Below are positions 61,384-62,976 of a DNA stretch of 62,976 bases, in pieces (position 1 is the stretch's first letter; the number at the start of each line of letters is the position of its first letter). The stretch spans positions 1 to 62,976 of the forward strand of contig CATVZP010000001.1 of NCBI GenBank assembly GCA_958348565.1, written 5' to 3'. The notes beneath the pieces were generated by a model, which saw only the letters and a list, made by a program, of their open reading frames with translations, searched no databases and was not told where the DNA came from. The position numbers were made by a program, and so were the translations under genes. The DNA comes from an uncultured Collinsella sp. (GTDB taxonomy: Bacteria > Actinomycetota > Coriobacteriia > Coriobacteriales > Coriobacteriaceae).

Positions 61384-62916
61384 ATGTCTAATGCACTCGG
61401 TCGCGACCTTGCAAAGCTGGTCGCCGCTGTTGACGCCGCCGCCTCTGAGTGCGGTCATGGCGCGTATGGCCAGCGCTTTCATATTATGCCGCCCACGGGC
61501 TGGCTCAACGACCCCAACGGTCTTTGCCAGGCGGGCGGCGTGTTCCACGCTTATTTTCAATATGCTCCGTTTGATGTTGAGGGCGGCGTTAAGGCCTGGG
61601 GTCATGCCACGAGCCGCGACCTTATGAACTGGGAGTATGTTGGCGCGCCGCTGCTGCCCGATGAGCCGTTCGACTGCCATGGCGTGTATTCGGGCTCCGC
61701 GCTTGCCGAGGACGGTCGCATTCGCGTGCTCTATACCGGCAACGTTAAGCTCCCCGATGCGGACGGCGTCTTTGACTATGTCAACTCCGGCCGTCGCGCC
61801 GATACCGTGTATGTCGAGAGCGCCGATGGACAGACGTTTAGCCAAAAGCGCGTGGTGCTGGCTTCCGAGGATTATCCCGAGGATTTGACCTGCCACGTGC
61901 GCGACCCCAAGGTGTGGCGTGACGCGGACGGGCGTTATCACATGGTGCTGGGTGCGCGTCGTCGAGTTGACGGGCCGCACGTCGAGAGCCGTTTTTGCGC
62001 CATGCATGGCGAGGGTGCCGGACGCGATGTGGGCGAGATCCTGGTGTATGGCTCGGCCGATATGCTGAGCTGGGAGCTCGAGAGCCGCGTGTCTACGCCC
62101 GAGCGTTTTGGCTTTATGTGGGAGTGCCCGGGGTATCTGGAGATTGAGACGGATGGCGGTGTACCGGCGAAATGGCTGTCCTTCTCGCCCCAGGGGCTCG
62201 AGGGCGGTCGTTGGGACCGCGGTAATGTGTATGCCGCTGGCTACTTGCCTGTAACGGGTGACATCACCGGTGGTGACGGTGCCTATGAGCTGGGCGAGTT
62301 CCGCCTGTGGGACGCCGGTTTTGACTTCTATGCTCCGCAGGAGTTTACGTCCGAGGACGGTCGCCACATTCTGATCGGCTGGATGGGCATGCCCGATGAG
62401 CCGACCTATGGCAACGCGCCCACCGTGGTGTGCGGCTGGCAGCACTGCATGACGGTGCCGCGCGAGCTTACAGCCGGTGCCGGCGGCGTGGTGCTGCAGC
62501 AGCCGGCGCGCGAGATTGAGCACCATTATGCCTCGGTGCGTGTGGGGGAGGGCTCGTTTGAGGTTGCCGACGATACCTGCTTTGACGTTGTTGTCGACGG
62601 TGTCGACGGCGCGTTTACCGCGATCGTTGATGGCGAGCTGAAGCTGGCGTTTATGCCCGCCGAGGGCGAACTGCCTTCGCGCTTTGAGATGCGATTTACC
62701 GATGAGGGTCGTGCTTCTGCCGGCTGCGGTCGTACTGTGCGCTGGGAGCCCGTCGACGAGGTGCGCAACGTGCGCATTGTCGGCGATGTCTCGTCGGTCG
62801 AGGTGTTTGTGAACGATGGCGCGCTCGTGTTTTCGACGCGCATCTATCCCGAGGCCTATGGCGTGACCGTTGACGCCCCGGGTGCGAGCGTGACCTATCA
62901 CACGCTCAACATCTAG
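61384..62916 (+). CDS. scrB: GH32 sucrose-6-phosphate hydrolase / beta-fructofuranosidase
   Basis: WLNDPNG, WGHATS, YSGSA, RDPKV, WECP, DFYAPQ. Confidence 0.93.
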   Translation: MSNALGRDLAKLVAAVDAAASECGHGAYGQRFHIMPPTGWLNDPNGLCQAGGVFHAYFQYAPFDVEGGVKAWGHATSRDLMNWEYVGAPLLPDEPFDCHGVYSGSALAEDGRIRVLYTGNVKLPDADGVFDYVNSGRRADTVYVESADGQTFSQKRVVLASEDYPEDLTCHVRDPKVWRDADGRYHMVLGARRRVDGPHVESRFCAMHGEGAGRDVGEILVYGSADMLSWELESRVSTPERFGFMWECPGYLEIETDGGVPAKWLSFSPQGLEGGRWDRGNVYAAGYLPVTGDITGGDGAYELGEFRLWDAGFDFYAPQEFTSEDGRHILIGWMGMPDEPTYGNAPTVVCGWQHCMTVPRELTAGAGGVVLQQPAREIEHHYASVRVGEGSFEVADDTCFDVVVDGVDGAFTAIVDGELKLAFMPAEGELPSRFEMRFTDEGRASAGCGRTVRWEPVDEVRNVRIVGDVSSVEVFVNDGALVFSTRIYPEAYGVTVDAPGASVTYHTLNI

Positions 62917-62976
62917 GCGATTCGTCGCATATCGGCGCTATACTGCAGCCGTTGCCCACGATGCGGGGAACACCCG

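Noticed and set aside
61317..62976. CRISPR array suggested by GTGTTCCCCGC / GCGGGGAACAC (type I-E-like)
   Set aside because: Only two partial copies, inverted and 1.6 kb apart, with no spacers or cas genes in the window.

Overview
High-GC Gram-positive chromosomal segment; gene content and repeat style suggest a gut Coriobacteriia such as Collinsella (inference). It has five blocks. (1) 1-7.9 kb: three secreted or surface proteins built from clostridial hydrophobic-W (ChW) repeats, each with a different catalytic module: a CHAP/NlpC-like hydrolase, an L,D-transpeptidase cut off by a TGG->TGA nonsense codon, and a central domain carrying GT80/sialyltransferase-like motifs. (2) 8-15 kb: a small mobile/defence patch with an IS256 remnant, a HEPN-motif gene, an IS21 bounded by both ends and a 5-bp target duplication but with frameshifted istA, an AIPR gene and a double-XRE regulator. 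(3) 15-45 kb: a large mosaic rhamnose-containing cell-wall polysaccharide locus with many GT2/GT4/GT8 genes, wzx, a GacI/J/L-like trio, rmlA-rmlB-rmlCD, DUF4012, wzm/wzt and a decayed second wzm/wzt. A low-GC two-gene RelA/SpoT-like (small alarmone synthetase) + small-protein cassette sits between rmlA and rmlB. (4) 45-47 kb: tRNA-Arg(TCT), remnants of an ATPase+HNH (Septu/retron-effector-like) pair and a STAND-like ATPase. (5) 47-63 kb: a Gram-positive pel operon extended by CotH, VTC and DUF4956 genes, then a LacI/PTS IIBC/GH32 sucrose locus. The best novelty candidates are the secreted ChW-flanked sialyltransferase-like enzyme and the SAS + small-partner cassette inside the rml operon. All family calls come from motif recognition by eye; no database searches were run.
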